Below, in pieces: positions 34,318-43,816 of a DNA stretch of 45,131 nt; the first letter of the stretch is position 1, and every line of letters begins with the position of its first letter. The stretch is taken from positions 1 through 45,131 of IMG/VR virus record IMGVR_UViG_3300048858_000066; one strand, written 5' to 3'. The position numbers were made by a program, and so were the translations under genes. The notes under the pieces were generated by a model. That model had not been told where the DNA came from. It was given only the letters and a program-made list of their open reading frames with translations, and ran no database searches. The DNA is from a virus (Duplodnaviria; Caudoviricetes).

Positions 34318-36450
34318 TTACGCCGGGCCGGGATTGAAGTAGATGCCGTTCCAGTCGATGGGCGTCGCCTCGTAATCGAGGCCGATGCGCACCTTGACGC
34401 CGTAGGTCTCGAAGGAGGCTTCGGTATCGACCATCGGCGTCTCGCGGCCGCCCAGCAACGGCACCGCGATCACCGGCCGCACATCAGGATCGGCGATCAA
34501 AGCCCAGCCCTTTTCCGGGAAGGTGGGTTCGTAGACCACCTCCATGCCGAAATAGAGGTTACGCGCACCGTCCTGGAACTTCTCCTGCGCCACAAAGCGC
34601 AGCGCCTCGTGCCGCCGGCCGATGCCGACGACCAGGCGCTTGGCGACGATGCCGAGTGGCTTGCCGGGCACCGATGCCTGCTTCATCAGCGCCATTTCGG
34701 CGGCGGCCAGCGTGGTCTCGTCAATCGGCCCACCCGAGGCCGCCAGGTTGCCATGGTCGGCATGGAAGAGCGGCTTGCCATCCGGCATCAGAATGGTGCT
34801 GCCACCCTCACGGAAAATGCGCCAGACGCGGCCGGAGAGGCTGCGGGCGACCATCTGGCCGTATGCCGCGGACTGACCGGTGAACTCTTCCAGGTCGTTG
34901 TTGATGATGGCCTGGCGGGAGAAGGCGAAGCCCTTGGCGAAGGTCTGCATCTTCACCTTGCCCAGCGCGCGGGAAATGGTGCCGTAGGTGATCTCGCCGT
35001 GTTCGGTCACCAGCTCCAGGTCATCGACATCCCAGCCGCCACCGATCGGCTTTTCCTTGAAGTCATCGACGTTGAAGGTACGCGCCACCTTGCGCCATTC
35101 GCTGGAGGCCGCCTCATAGGCGCCCAGCACAATGATCTCCGATGCCTCATTGAACATGCGGGCGAAGTCGGAGGTGGTGTGCATGCCGACCGTTGCGCTG
35201 GCGCTGAAGGCATGGCGGAACAGCTCATCCGGCTGCACCCAGCTGGCCGGGCGGCGGCCCTGCAGGGTCAGCGCCTCGTAGGCCAGGTCGCGCAGCGTGG
35301 CGCCCTGGTAAGGCTTGGCGGCCGCCACGATCTCGGGCCGCTTGACGCCGCCGCGCACCGCCAGCGCCGCCGCCATCGCCTGGAAGGCCGTGGCCGGGTC
35401 GCGGCCACCGTCCGGCGCGCCAGGCTGGCCGCGAGGCGGCTGGGCCGCCGCCATGGCATCGATCATGGCATCGCGCGCCTGGTCCAGCGTGGCGCCGGCT
35501 TCCATCTGCGCCACCACCCAGTCGCTGTTGAGGCGGCCGTTGCTGCGGGCCACCAGTTGCTTCAGGTCGCCCAGCGACGCGGCCTTGGCCTGCGGCGGGA
35601 TCACCGGCGGCGCGGCCTTGGCCTGCGGCGGGATCACCGGCGGCGCGGCCGGCGCGGGGTTCGGCGCCGAGGTGGGGTTGGCAGGCGGCTGCGGCGCCGG
35701 GTTGTCCTGGGGCATAGGTGCCTCTTTCGGTTCAGCCGGCGGCGCCGGCGGCGTGGTTGGGGAGACGGCGCTGGCCCAGGCCTGTACGGGCGTAGGCAGC
35801 TTGCCGAATTGGGAGAGCAAGGCGGCGGCCCGGGGGGTCAGCCTGCCCTTGGCGACAGGATCGATGGCGTCACCCTCGATCCTGTCCGCGAAGCCGCGCT
35901 CCACCGCCTCCTCGGCGGTGAACCACGTCTCGGCATCCAGCATGGCCGAGATCTCATCATCCGAGAGGCCCGACCGCTCGGCGAAGACCTGGCGCTGCAG
36001 CGCATCGATCCGCTCCAGCACTTTCTGCGTGTCCGCATGCGCGTTGCGATCGCCGAACGTCAGGCCGCTGGAATTATGGATCATCATGAAAGATGCACGC
36101 GACATGACGACGGTGCTGGCCGCCATCGCGAAAAAGGCGGCGATGCTCGCGGCCAGGGCCTCGACCACCAGCGTGACCTGGCCGTCATGGCGCGCAAGCA
36201 GGTTATAGATGGCGAAGCCCTCGAAGACATTGCCGCCGGGGCTGTTGACCCGCAGGGTGATGTCACGGCCGGCCAGCGGCTTCAGAACGTCCCGCACGCC
36301 GCGCGCGGTGATTTCCCAGCCGACCTCGCCATAGAGTTCGACCTCGGCCGGCGCGTCCGCCAGGGCAGTGGCCTTGATCAGCCCACGCCGCGACGACAGC
36401 GGCGGCAGGTCGAAAGCGAGCGCCTCGCGCTGCGCAGCATCCAGTGGCAT
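34318..36450 (-). CDS. ClpP-type prohead protease fused to major capsid protein
   Basis: VNSPGGNVFEG, AASIA, MMIHN, ETWFTAEEAVERGFAD; Pro-rich linker; HTTSDF, GEITYG, FSRQAIINND. Confidence 0.92.
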   Translation of the reverse strand: MPLDAAQREALAFDLPPLSSRRGLIKATALADAPAEVELYGEVGWEITARGVRDVLKPLAGRDITLRVNSPGGNVFEGFAIYNLLARHDGQVTLVVEALAASIAAFFAMAASTVVMSRASFMMIHNSSGLTFGDRNAHADTQKVLERIDALQRQVFAERSGLSDDEISAMLDAETWFTAEEAVERGFADRIEGDAIDPVAKGRLTPRAAALLSQFGKLPTPVQAWASAVSPTTPPAPPAEPKEAPMPQDNPAPQPPANPTSAPNPAPAAPPVIPPQAKAAPPVIPPQAKAASLGDLKQLVARSNGRLNSDWVVAQMEAGATLDQARDAMIDAMAAAQPPRGQPGAPDGGRDPATAFQAMAAALAVRGGVKRPEIVAAAKPYQGATLRDLAYEALTLQGRRPASWVQPDELFRHAFSASATVGMHTTSDFARMFNEASEIIVLGAYEAASSEWRKVARTFNVDDFKEKPIGGGWDVDDLELVTEHGEITYGTISRALGKVKMQTFAKGFAFSRQAIINNDLEEFTGQSAAYGQMVARSLSGRVWRIFREGGSTILMPDGKPLFHADHGNLAASGGPIDETTLAAAEMALMKQASVPGKPLGIVAKRLVVGIGRRHEALRFVAQEKFQDGARNLYFGMEVVYEPTFPEKGWALIADPDVRPVIAVPLLGGRETPMVDTEASFETYGVKVRIGLDYEATPIDWNGIYFNPGPA
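35578..35650. repeat. 33-bp tandem duplication in the protease-capsid linker
   Basis: CGCGGCCTTGGCCTGCGGCGGGATCACCGGCGG x2, encoding AAPPVIPPQAK twice. Confidence 0.9.
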
Positions 36451-36468
36451 TGCTTGGTCCTCTCGGTT

Positions 36469-38106
36469 TCAACGGTCCCGCGACAGTTCGCGGAGATCGA
36501 ACTCATCCGCGATGGCCGACGCCACAACCTCGCGAATCATCATGGCCAGCGCCTGCGGCTCGACGCCGTCGCCCTGACGCGGCAACGCCGCGCCAGTCGC
36601 CCCGATCTCGATGGCGGCGTTCTGCTTCGCGTCCTGCGCTCCGCCAGCAAGGCTGGTGCGGCGCGGGTCGCCGTCCAGGATCAGCCCGAGATCGTCGAAC
36701 AACTCGTTCTCGCGCGCGATCTCGTGCGCCTGCTGCTTTGGATCCCAGCCCTGGGCCATGGTCTGCTGACTCCAGGTCGCCAGTCCCATGCGGCGCATCA
36801 GCCGCAACATTGGAACCTCACGCGCCGGATCGATCATCTGCTGCACCGGCGGCATCCACTGCGCCCGGTAACCACCACGGCGCGGAGGCAGGCGACCAAG
36901 AGCGACCCCTGCATCCATGACCGCGTTCCACACTGGCTGGCACAGCACCGGAATAAGGCGGATCCAGTGATCCTGCTCCAGCGTGTTGCGGAACTCGATC
37001 TTGCCGGCCCGCAGGCTGCTGAAGTTGGCCTGCCGCAGGTCGCCGGTCAGCTGGTCATAGGTGACGCCAGTGCCGATCGCGATGGACATCAGGTAGTGCA
37101 ACGCCAACTCGCTGAACTGACCTTCCCCGGATGGCTGCACCGCCTCGACGGATTCACCGGGCTGCAGGCGTCCGATCATGCCGGGGCGGAACTGCCGCAC
37201 TTGGTCCACCGGTACGCCGCCGTCATGGTTGAGGCTGTTCATCAAACCTGACTGTGACACCGGCGCCGGGCTGGTGATGAAGGCGGCCAGACAGGCCTCG
37301 ATCCGCGCCTTGTCCATCGCGGCGTCTTCCAGACCGTCGAGCTTGTAGGCGCGCTCTGCCACCCCGGCGAAGATCGGCACGCCGCGCATCTGCGAGGGTC
37401 GCTTGCGGGTGTAGACGTGCATCACGTCCTCGACCGCCCAGCGATCCAGCAGATTGGCCCCCTCGGCACTGGCGCCTCCGAGAGAAGACCGGCGCATCCA
37501 GTAACCTGCGCGGCGCCAGCGGCGGTCCAGCTCCACACCATTGACGATGGCGCCGCCGCCCGGCAACGGCCGGGAGGAGTCATCCATCATCTCAGATTCC
37601 AGCGCCTCCAGCTGGAAGGGAACGGGCAAGCGCCGTTCGCGCATCTCAGCGGCGGAGCAGCGGACGATCCGCACCACCCCGTCACCACCCTCAGCCCAGG
37701 TCCGGGCCGCCATCTCCTGCACCGCGCCGAAGCCGCCGGGGCTACTCAGGTCGGCGACCTCGATAAACTCCTGCCACAGCTCATTGGCAGCTTCATCGGC
37801 GAAGTCGTTGCCGGTGTCCGCCCGCCCGGTAATGCCGGCGCCGACGCGATGGGCGGTCAGGATCGAGACGGCGCGATCGGCATAGGGATTATCGCGCACC
37901 AGCTGGTGCGAGCGGGCCTGCAGCTTACCAAGCTTGCTGCCGATGATTTCGTTCGGCCCCTGCCGGGTGGCCTTCCAATCCCCATTGCGCCGGCCGGTCT
38001 CGGCCGAGGCATATGCGGTCATCGCGGCCGCCGCAACACGCGTGCGGGCGCGTGACAGCGCCCAGCCAGGCGACACTGCCTGGATGGCGCGTTCCAGGAT
38101 GTTCAT
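36469..38106 (-). CDS. Portal protein, lambda family
   Basis: RSHQLVRDNPYA, LEALESEM, NGVELD, QMRGVP, LTGDLRQANFSSLRAG, IDPARE. Confidence 0.93.
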   Translation of the reverse strand: MNILERAIQAVSPGWALSRARTRVAAAAMTAYASAETGRRNGDWKATRQGPNEIIGSKLGKLQARSHQLVRDNPYADRAVSILTAHRVGAGITGRADTGNDFADEAANELWQEFIEVADLSSPGGFGAVQEMAARTWAEGGDGVVRIVRCSAAEMRERRLPVPFQLEALESEMMDDSSRPLPGGGAIVNGVELDRRWRRAGYWMRRSSLGGASAEGANLLDRWAVEDVMHVYTRKRPSQMRGVPIFAGVAERAYKLDGLEDAAMDKARIEACLAAFITSPAPVSQSGLMNSLNHDGGVPVDQVRQFRPGMIGRLQPGESVEAVQPSGEGQFSELALHYLMSIAIGTGVTYDQLTGDLRQANFSSLRAGKIEFRNTLEQDHWIRLIPVLCQPVWNAVMDAGVALGRLPPRRGGYRAQWMPPVQQMIDPAREVPMLRLMRRMGLATWSQQTMAQGWDPKQQAHEIARENELFDDLGLILDGDPRRTSLAGGAQDAKQNAAIEIGATGAALPRQGDGVEPQALAMMIREVVASAIADEFDLRELSRDR

Positions 38107-38108
38107 GG

Positions 38109-38345
38109 TCAGTCGCGGGAGAAGCTGGCGAAGGCGCACCGCTCCAGAACATCGCCCGTGGGCACCAGGCGCAGCTCGCGCACAGTGTTCAAAGCGATGC
38201 GGATCTCCTCCAGGGTCCGATACTTCACCTGACGGCCGTCCGAGAAGCGCACCTCCTGCACCGGATTGACCGCGGCGTTCACCAGGGCGCGCTGCAGCGC
38301 AGCTTCATCCGCCGCCGTGAAGCCGGGGCTGGGCAGGTCGGTCAT
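38109..38345 (-). CDS. Head-tail joining protein (gpW-like)
   Basis: ALQRAL...VRFSDGRQVKYRTLEEI; between terL and portal. Confidence 0.85.
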   Translation of the reverse strand: MTDLPSPGFTAADEAALQRALVNAAVNPVQEVRFSDGRQVKYRTLEEIRIALNTVRELRLVPTGDVLERCAFASFSRD

Positions 38346-40435
38346 GAGAAATATCCTCCCTCGCGATGGCTGAACCAGTCGCGGTGCTCGAAGTAGTCAT
38401 CCACCGGCGGCGCCGGCGGCGGGATGGGCGCTGGAGGCACTGCCAGAGGCTGCGGCACCACCACAGGCAGTGCGGCCGCAGGGAGCGTGACGGGCGGCCC
38501 CACCGCTTCGCCCGGGGCGGCGACGGCCTCCTTCAACGGCGGGGCCCAGAGGGCTGCCATGTCGCGCTGCGGCGCGTCCGGCGGGCCTTGCCTCTGCGCT
38601 GCCAGCTGATCCCACTCGGCATCGGTGAAGGCGACTGTTTCATGCCGCGCCAAGGCCCTGGCATAGACCGCCAGATCCCACTGCTCATTGCGCGCCGAGA
38701 TCTTGCGCCACTCGCGTTTGATCTGGCGCCCGGGCACGCCGACCTCAATGCAGGCTTCCGCCGTAAGCTGCTGAAAGAAGCCCAGGTCAATACCGTCCCT
38801 CGGAAAGCGCATGGCACCCTGGGGCCAGACGCCATTAGAGTCGGGGCCATTCACCGTCAGGTGCAGCGCCGAGGCCAACTCCGACTTCAGGTCCCATGTG
38901 CCCACCGGCCAGATGCGCACGGCGCCAATCTTGCGCCCCTCGTAGTCGATGTCGCGCGTGGAAGGCGCGCCGATGGGCGGCTCGCCCCACTTGTCGCGAC
39001 CGTCCAGCGCGAAGACGCGAGGCTCGGCACGCGGCCCGTTGCGCTGGACGTAACGATAGACCTGCTGGGATAGATAGCCGCTGTCGATACCCCAGCTCAC
39101 CGGGCAGCATTGCCGCCCCCAGGCATCTGGCCAGCGGCGGTCCAGCAGATCATCGTGCTGCTTCCAGACCTGCGGCAGGTTCGGGTCGCCTTCCAGCACC
39201 CCGCCGTCGATCCACCACATGCCGAAGTGCCGATCGAAGCCATAGAGCGCCCATTCCAGACGGTCGCCCTGCACGTCCGTGGCACCCACCAGGAACAGCA
39301 CGCCAGGTGGTACCCGCCGGGGACTGCGGCCTTCTCGGCGCTCCCACAGCAGCTCCGCCTTGGGCACGTCGAAGGTCGGCTTGAAGGGCCGCCCCAGCCA
39401 CTGCTGCGTGAACGGCTTCAGCAGAGTCGGGTCGTCGCGCACCTTCTCCGCCTGCCGCGCGACCTCGTCCCAGCCGACGAATGGGCTGTAGAGCGAGTTC
39501 AGGCGGTAGCTGGCGTGGAGCACCACCAGCTCCGGGCGCTCATGCACCCACTCGCCACGGCGCAGCATCTCCGCCTTTTCGCTGTGCTGGATCGGGTAGC
39601 CGTCGGCCTCGCAGAGGTACCAAGCGCCTTCCGGCCGGCCATCATCCCACTTCAGGTTCTCGTATTGCAGCTCCTGACGATGCCCGCACTGTGGACAAGC
39701 CACCATGAAGCGGCCCTTGCTGCCCTTCTCGTAAGAGGCCGTGATCCGGCATTCGCCTTCGAGACCCGGGGTGGATACCTCCACGATCTTCTCGCGGCCC
39801 TTCCAGGCGATGGTGCGCGCCTCGGCCTGAGCCACCGGGTCGCCGCGCCCGCCGGCATCGGCCGGGAACTCGGAGACCTCGTCCATCATGATGACGCGCC
39901 GGGTGCGCGACTGTAGGCCGCGCGAGGAATTGGCCCCCGTCAGCTCAATCAGGCCCCCAGGGAACTTCTTGCGCAGCACCGTCGAGCCAGCATCGTCGCG
40001 GCTGACCACCGGCGCGATGCGCTCGCGCACGGCCGGCGTGTTTTGGATCAGCGGATCCAGCTTGTCGCGGTTGAAGTTCTTGGCCTCGTCCCAGGTCGGC
40101 AGCACCCACAGCACAGTGGCGGGCGTCTCGGTCGCGATCTGCCCGGCGAAGTTCAGTTCCACCTGCGTCTTGCCGACCTGCGCACTGGCCATCAGCGTGA
40201 CGCGGCGGGATGGATGACGCAGCCCCAGCACGTCCATGGGCTCGCGCAGGTAGGGCGTCGTCGCCGTCTCCCAGCGGCCAGCCTTCGGGCCTTCCTCGCC
40301 GCCGAGGATGCGCTCCTCGTCCGCCCACTCGCTCAGTGACCGCTCCGGTGGTGGACGCATGCCGCGTGCCGCCGCGGCGCGCATGATTGGACCCGCGTCA
40401 GGCAGTAGGGAGCCGGAACTCCTCGTATTGTCCAT
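38342..40435 (-). CDS. terL: Terminase large subunit, lambda gpA family
   Basis: TPYLREPMD, SAQVGKT, MMDEVS, VSTP, CPQC, DVQ.DRLE, IDSGY, RNEQWD. Confidence 0.96.
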   Translation of the reverse strand: MDNTRSSGSLLPDAGPIMRAAAARGMRPPPERSLSEWADEERILGGEEGPKAGRWETATTPYLREPMDVLGLRHPSRRVTLMASAQVGKTQVELNFAGQIATETPATVLWVLPTWDEAKNFNRDKLDPLIQNTPAVRERIAPVVSRDDAGSTVLRKKFPGGLIELTGANSSRGLQSRTRRVIMMDEVSEFPADAGGRGDPVAQAEARTIAWKGREKIVEVSTPGLEGECRITASYEKGSKGRFMVACPQCGHRQELQYENLKWDDGRPEGAWYLCEADGYPIQHSEKAEMLRRGEWVHERPELVVLHASYRLNSLYSPFVGWDEVARQAEKVRDDPTLLKPFTQQWLGRPFKPTFDVPKAELLWERREGRSPRRVPPGVLFLVGATDVQGDRLEWALYGFDRHFGMWWIDGGVLEGDPNLPQVWKQHDDLLDRRWPDAWGRQCCPVSWGIDSGYLSQQVYRYVQRNGPRAEPRVFALDGRDKWGEPPIGAPSTRDIDYEGRKIGAVRIWPVGTWDLKSELASALHLTVNGPDSNGVWPQGAMRFPRDGIDLGFFQQLTAEACIEVGVPGRQIKREWRKISARNEQWDLAVYARALARHETVAFTDAEWDQLAAQRQGPPDAPQRDMAALWAPPLKEAVAAPGEAVGPPVTLPAAALPVVVPQPLAVPPAPIPPPAPPVDDYFEHRDWFSHREGGYFS

Positions 40436-40937
40436 CGAGCACCTTCCGGAGTGCGATCAGCAGGTGAGCGGCAATGGCGCCCTCATCACCCAGGCGGGCC
40501 AGGTCGCCGGCCACCTCGCGAGGCACCTGCAGGATCTTCTCGCGTGTGTTACGGAATAGTTCTTCCACCTCGCGCTCTGCCGGGTCGCGATAGATCGCTT
40601 TGCCAATCAGCAGGTCGCGTTCAACCTCGGCCATGTCAGCATTGGCGCGGTCGCGGCGCTCTTTGGTGCTCATCAAGCTGGGATCGCGCGGCAGGGCCTC
40701 CTCGGCCGCGATTTCCGCCAGCTCGCCGGACAGCATGGCGTCGGCTGCGGCGACATCGATCTGCCCATCCTCCGCGCGCACTGGAATCCGCCCCTGGCCG
40801 ATCAGCTGCGACACCCGGCCGGGAGAAATGCCCCGATAGGCGGCGTAAAGCGACTTGGAGAGGATGGGCGCCGCAGGCGGCTGCGCTGGCGGCGGCAAGG
40901 GCTGCGGCCTGCGGCCATGGCGTATGCCGGACAGCAT
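40398..40937 (-). CDS. terS: Terminase small subunit
   Basis: N-terminal wHTH LSKSLYAAYRGISPGRVSQLI, then coiled coil; overlaps terL. Confidence 0.85.
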   Translation of the reverse strand: MLSGIRHGRRPQPLPPPAQPPAAPILSKSLYAAYRGISPGRVSQLIGQGRIPVRAEDGQIDVAAADAMLSGELAEIAAEEALPRDPSLMSTKERRDRANADMAEVERDLLIGKAIYRDPAEREVEELFRNTREKILQVPREVAGDLARLGDEGAIAAHLLIALRKVLDGQYEEFRLPTA

Positions 40938-40954
40938 TCCTACAACTCCATGAT

Positions 40955-41076
40955 TTTAGGGGATTTTAGGGGCTTTAGGGCCGCAGAGCGCATTCCCTAA
41001 AGGATACTAAAACACCGGCACTAGTGTACACGGACGCGCTGGCTGCCCGTATATGCGTGGGGGCCGGGAAGGACCC
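40955..41076 (-). other. Lambda-like cos site (cosQ, cosN, cosB-like repeats)
   Basis: Minus strand GGGTCCT-TCCCGG...TATACG-GGCAGCCAGCGC parallels lambda GGGTCCT-TTCCGG...TTACG-GGGCGGCGACCT; TTTAGGG x3 plus one inverted copy before terS. Confidence 0.75.
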
Positions 41077-41144
41077 ATAGGGGTGGGGGTAGGGAGGGGG
41101 TGCCCCCCCCAACCCCCCCCCGCCCGCGACGGGGAGGGGGGCCT

Positions 41145-41231
41145 GAAACGACAACGCCCGAGCGGCAGGGCCGTCCGGGCGCAGTTCGCGAGGTTGATAA
41201 TTTCTAGTCGTGAAACCGCACTTGGGTCAAG
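41145..41231 (-). promoter_or_regulatory. Putative late promoter followed by terminator-like hairpin
   Basis: CTTGAC-N18-CTAGAA then CGCCCGGACGGC-CCT-GCCGCTCGGGCG-TTGTCGTTT. Confidence 0.55.
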
Positions 41232-41802
41232 CGGCATGTCCCAGCGCGTCAACCCAACCGGCCATCACGGCATACCGCCAGAGCCCCTTCTGCAACCAGC
41301 GCAGTGCGGTGACATGATGGATGCCGCGGCGAATGGTGACCTGGGACATACCGAGGCCGTCAATGGTCACATCCTGCACCAGCTCAACCAGCGAGTAGCG
41401 CGGGGTCACGCTGACAGCCTTGGCCCAGTCTGCCCAGGCCGAGTAGCGCTGCGAGGCGGCCTTGAGGGAAGGCGGCCAGTCCGCGTTGGAGAGCCCCTCG
41501 CAGCCTGTGGCGCCGTAACGGGCGATGCGGGCTGCGACCACGCTGGTGACGGCCTCGTAGACCATCCTCACCTCGATGGCCGCCTGCGCCTGCGCCTCGC
41601 CCAGCTTCCCGGCTTCGAACAGGCAGAGCACCACGTCCCGGCTCTTTATCCGCGCCGGCCTGTCAGGCTGCGCCGCCGCACGCTCGGCGCGGGCCTGGGT
41701 ACCGAGGGCTGCGGCCACCTTGTCAGGCGTGGAGAAGGGGCCGAGCTGGCCGACCTGGTCTTGCACCAGGACGCGGCCGTTGATGAGCAGGTTCAATGCC
41801 AT
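41227..41802 (-). CDS. Putative late transcription regulator/antiterminator (DUF6456-like)
   Basis: Q-equivalent position; L...G.L..AQ.QAA motif and C-terminal HTH-like LVQDVTIDGLGMSQV...LQKGL. Confidence 0.6.
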   Translation of the reverse strand: MALNLLINGRVLVQDQVGQLGPFSTPDKVAAALGTQARAERAAAQPDRPARIKSRDVVLCLFEAGKLGEAQAQAAIEVRMVYEAVTSVVAARIARYGATGCEGLSNADWPPSLKAASQRYSAWADWAKAVSVTPRYSLVELVQDVTIDGLGMSQVTIRRGIHHVTALRWLQKGLWRYAVMAGWVDALGHAA

Positions 41803-41821
41803 GCGCCGGCCTCCAGATGCA

Positions 41822-42055
41822 GTTGTCCCGTTTGTCCCGTGCCTTGTCCCGTCTTATCCCTTTGAAAATAAATGAATGGGACAATGGGACAAATGGGACA
41901 CGCAAAGACGCCACATGCGTCGCGCACACACACACACATGTAGCGATGTGATTGCCTGTCCCATTTGTCCCATTTGTCCCATTGCTTGTTTATCAATGGG
42001 TTAGGACGGGACAACCTACGGGACAAACGGGACGAATGCTGTCCCGGATGGGGCC
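41822..42055. repeat. Iteron-like TGTCCC/GGGACA arrays, putative lytic replication origin
   Basis: Two blocks of convergent TGTCCC...GGGACA repeats, each around an AT-rich core, separated by a (CA)n run; directly after the helicase gene. Confidence 0.75.
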
Positions 42056-42064
42056 ACAGGGCCG

Positions 42065-43816
42065 TCATGGCTTTGGCTCCTGCGGCAGTAGCTCGTTCGG
42101 CAGCACGACGCAACGCGGTTTGGCAGGCCCGATCCATTGAGGGTCTGGCGGCTGCTCCGCGCCGGGCAATCGCCGCAGGTCGTCCTTCCATCGCCCGCCC
42201 GCCCACTGGGTGCCGACGAAGACCTTGGCCAGACGCGGATGCTTGTCGGCGACGTAGAGCCGCAGCGGGCCGTCGCCACGCTTCGGGTACTTGGCCACCA
42301 TCAGCCCATGCTCCTGCAATGCTTCATTGGCCTGTCTGCTGGTTTCGGTGTCGGCCAAGGCCTGCCGGATCAGTCGGCCGAAGGTCGGATGCTCGCCGCC
42401 CCAGGTGATGTCGGCTGTGCTCTGCAGGATGTGGTTGAGCGCGGCTTGCGGCCCGCCATCCTCGCGCTGCTCCTCCTCCGTCTGGACCAGCCAGCGGAAG
42501 TCATCCGCCAAGTCGTGAGCGGCACCATCCGACAGCGCCTCATCGCTGAGCATCATCTCCCGCGCCGCCAGGATGGTGCCCACCTGGTCGGCCAGACGGG
42601 GCACACATCCCCTGCCCAGCAACTCGGCGCGCAGCGCCGTCAGATTGGCGCGGAAGCGGGACAGCCCGTTCAGGGCGCGGGACCAAAGCTGCGGCGCCAG
42701 AGCGCGCAGGCGGGCCAGCTCGGCCTCATCTGGCAGGCCGGGGCCATTCTCCGGCTTCACACGCAGATCCACGCGGGTGATGCGGCTGGCATCAGCGGGC
42801 AGCAGCGCCGGCGGCAATACCGCGCCCAGGATGGCCGGCGACATCACCAGGAACTGCTGCGCCTGGCCGCCGGCACTGCCACGCGCGGTGCGGGCGCCCT
42901 CGCCGCCGGAGGCGCGGCGCAGCAGCTCGATGACGCGCTGCATCTTCGCCATGCCCTCGATGTCGCCCTCGGCTTCATCCAGGATCAGCGGCGCGGCCCG
43001 GCCGCTGATGGTCTGCCGGATGCCGGCCTCGGTGAAGTCATTGGATGAGAAGGCCAGCGGCGAGACGGAGGCATACAGCTCCAACAGGGTCGTCTTGCCG
43101 GTGCCCGGCCCGCCAACCACCAGGCCATGCGGGCGCCAGCGGATGGCGGCGCCGAGTAGCCCAGCGGCCCATAGGCCCAGGAACACACCCGCCTCGCCCG
43201 GCCGTTCCCAGTTCCAGCGCTGGAACGCCGCCTCCAGCGACTGCGCGTCCTCGGCCGACGCGGGCTCGCCCGGGCGAGGCGTGCGGGGTGCGCGGGGCCA
43301 CAAGGCACCATGCGCCGCGAACCCCGCACGCTGGTCATGCTGCGGGTCCGAGAGCCAGCGAACAAAGTCGCCCATATGCAGCGCCACCTGCCCTTCGGCA
43401 GCCCACACACCGATGCCACGACGTGGCATGTCGGATTGGAACAAGCCGGCCCGGCTCGACTGCTCCACCAGCCAGCGCCCCACCAGGCGGGCGCTGAACC
43501 AGTTGGTCGGATTGCCTTCGCGGTCCAGCTGCGGGAAGCGTCCCGTTGGCCAGCGGGTGTCCCCGCCAAACAGGCTGACGATCTGCGGCGCCTGGCTGAT
43601 CTGCTGCGCGTTGAAGCTGCGCAACTCACCATTCTTGTCAAAGAACCAGTAATGCCCGGCCAACATTCCCAGTGGCGTGATCGGGCAAGAATCGTCGCCG
43701 AATTGCTCCGGCGGTGGCTCATCCGGAGGATGGGAGCCACCACCACCATCGCCACGACGCTTGCGCTTGTCGTCACGCACGGCATCACTCAGCGAAACCA
43801 CGTTCGGCTGGCCCAT
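42065..43816 (-). CDS. Replication helicase/P-loop ATPase (primase-associated)
   Basis: Walker A GGPGTGKTT, Walker B LILDEAE, ASR arginine-finger-like motif. Confidence 0.8.
   Translation of the reverse strand: MGQPNVVSLSDAVRDDKRKRRGDGGGGSHPPDEPPPEQFGDDSCPITPLGMLAGHYWFFDKNGELRSFNAQQISQAPQIVSLFGGDTRWPTGRFPQLDREGNPTNWFSARLVGRWLVEQSSRAGLFQSDMPRRGIGVWAAEGQVALHMGDFVRWLSDPQHDQRAGFAAHGALWPRAPRTPRPGEPASAEDAQSLEAAFQRWNWERPGEAGVFLGLWAAGLLGAAIRWRPHGLVVGGPGTGKTTLLELYASVSPLAFSSNDFTEAGIRQTISGRAAPLILDEAEGDIEGMAKMQRVIELLRRASGGEGARTARGSAGGQAQQFLVMSPAILGAVLPPALLPADASRITRVDLRVKPENGPGLPDEAELARLRALAPQLWSRALNGLSRFRANLTALRAELLGRGCVPRLADQVGTILAAREMMLSDEALSDGAAHDLADDFRWLVQTEEEQREDGGPQAALNHILQSTADITWGGEHPTFGRLIRQALADTETSRQANEALQEHGLMVAKYPKRGDGPLRLYVADKHPRLAKVFVGTQWAGGRWKDDLRRLPGAEQPPDPQWIGPAKPRCVVLPNELLPQEPKP

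Noticed and set aside
34609-37251. 880-aa + strand ORF and other long antisense ORFs (e.g. 2899-4083, 16384-17649, 17768-19177)
   Set aside because: Shadow frames of high-GC genes on the opposite strand, with no recognisable motifs.
40955-41001. TTTAGGG repeats as plant-type telomeric sequence
   Set aside because: Only four spaced copies, in the cosB position; better explained as terminase-binding sites.
41793-42206. ORFs across the iteron region (QWDKWDKWD)
   Set aside because: The peptide repeats simply translate the DNA iterons.
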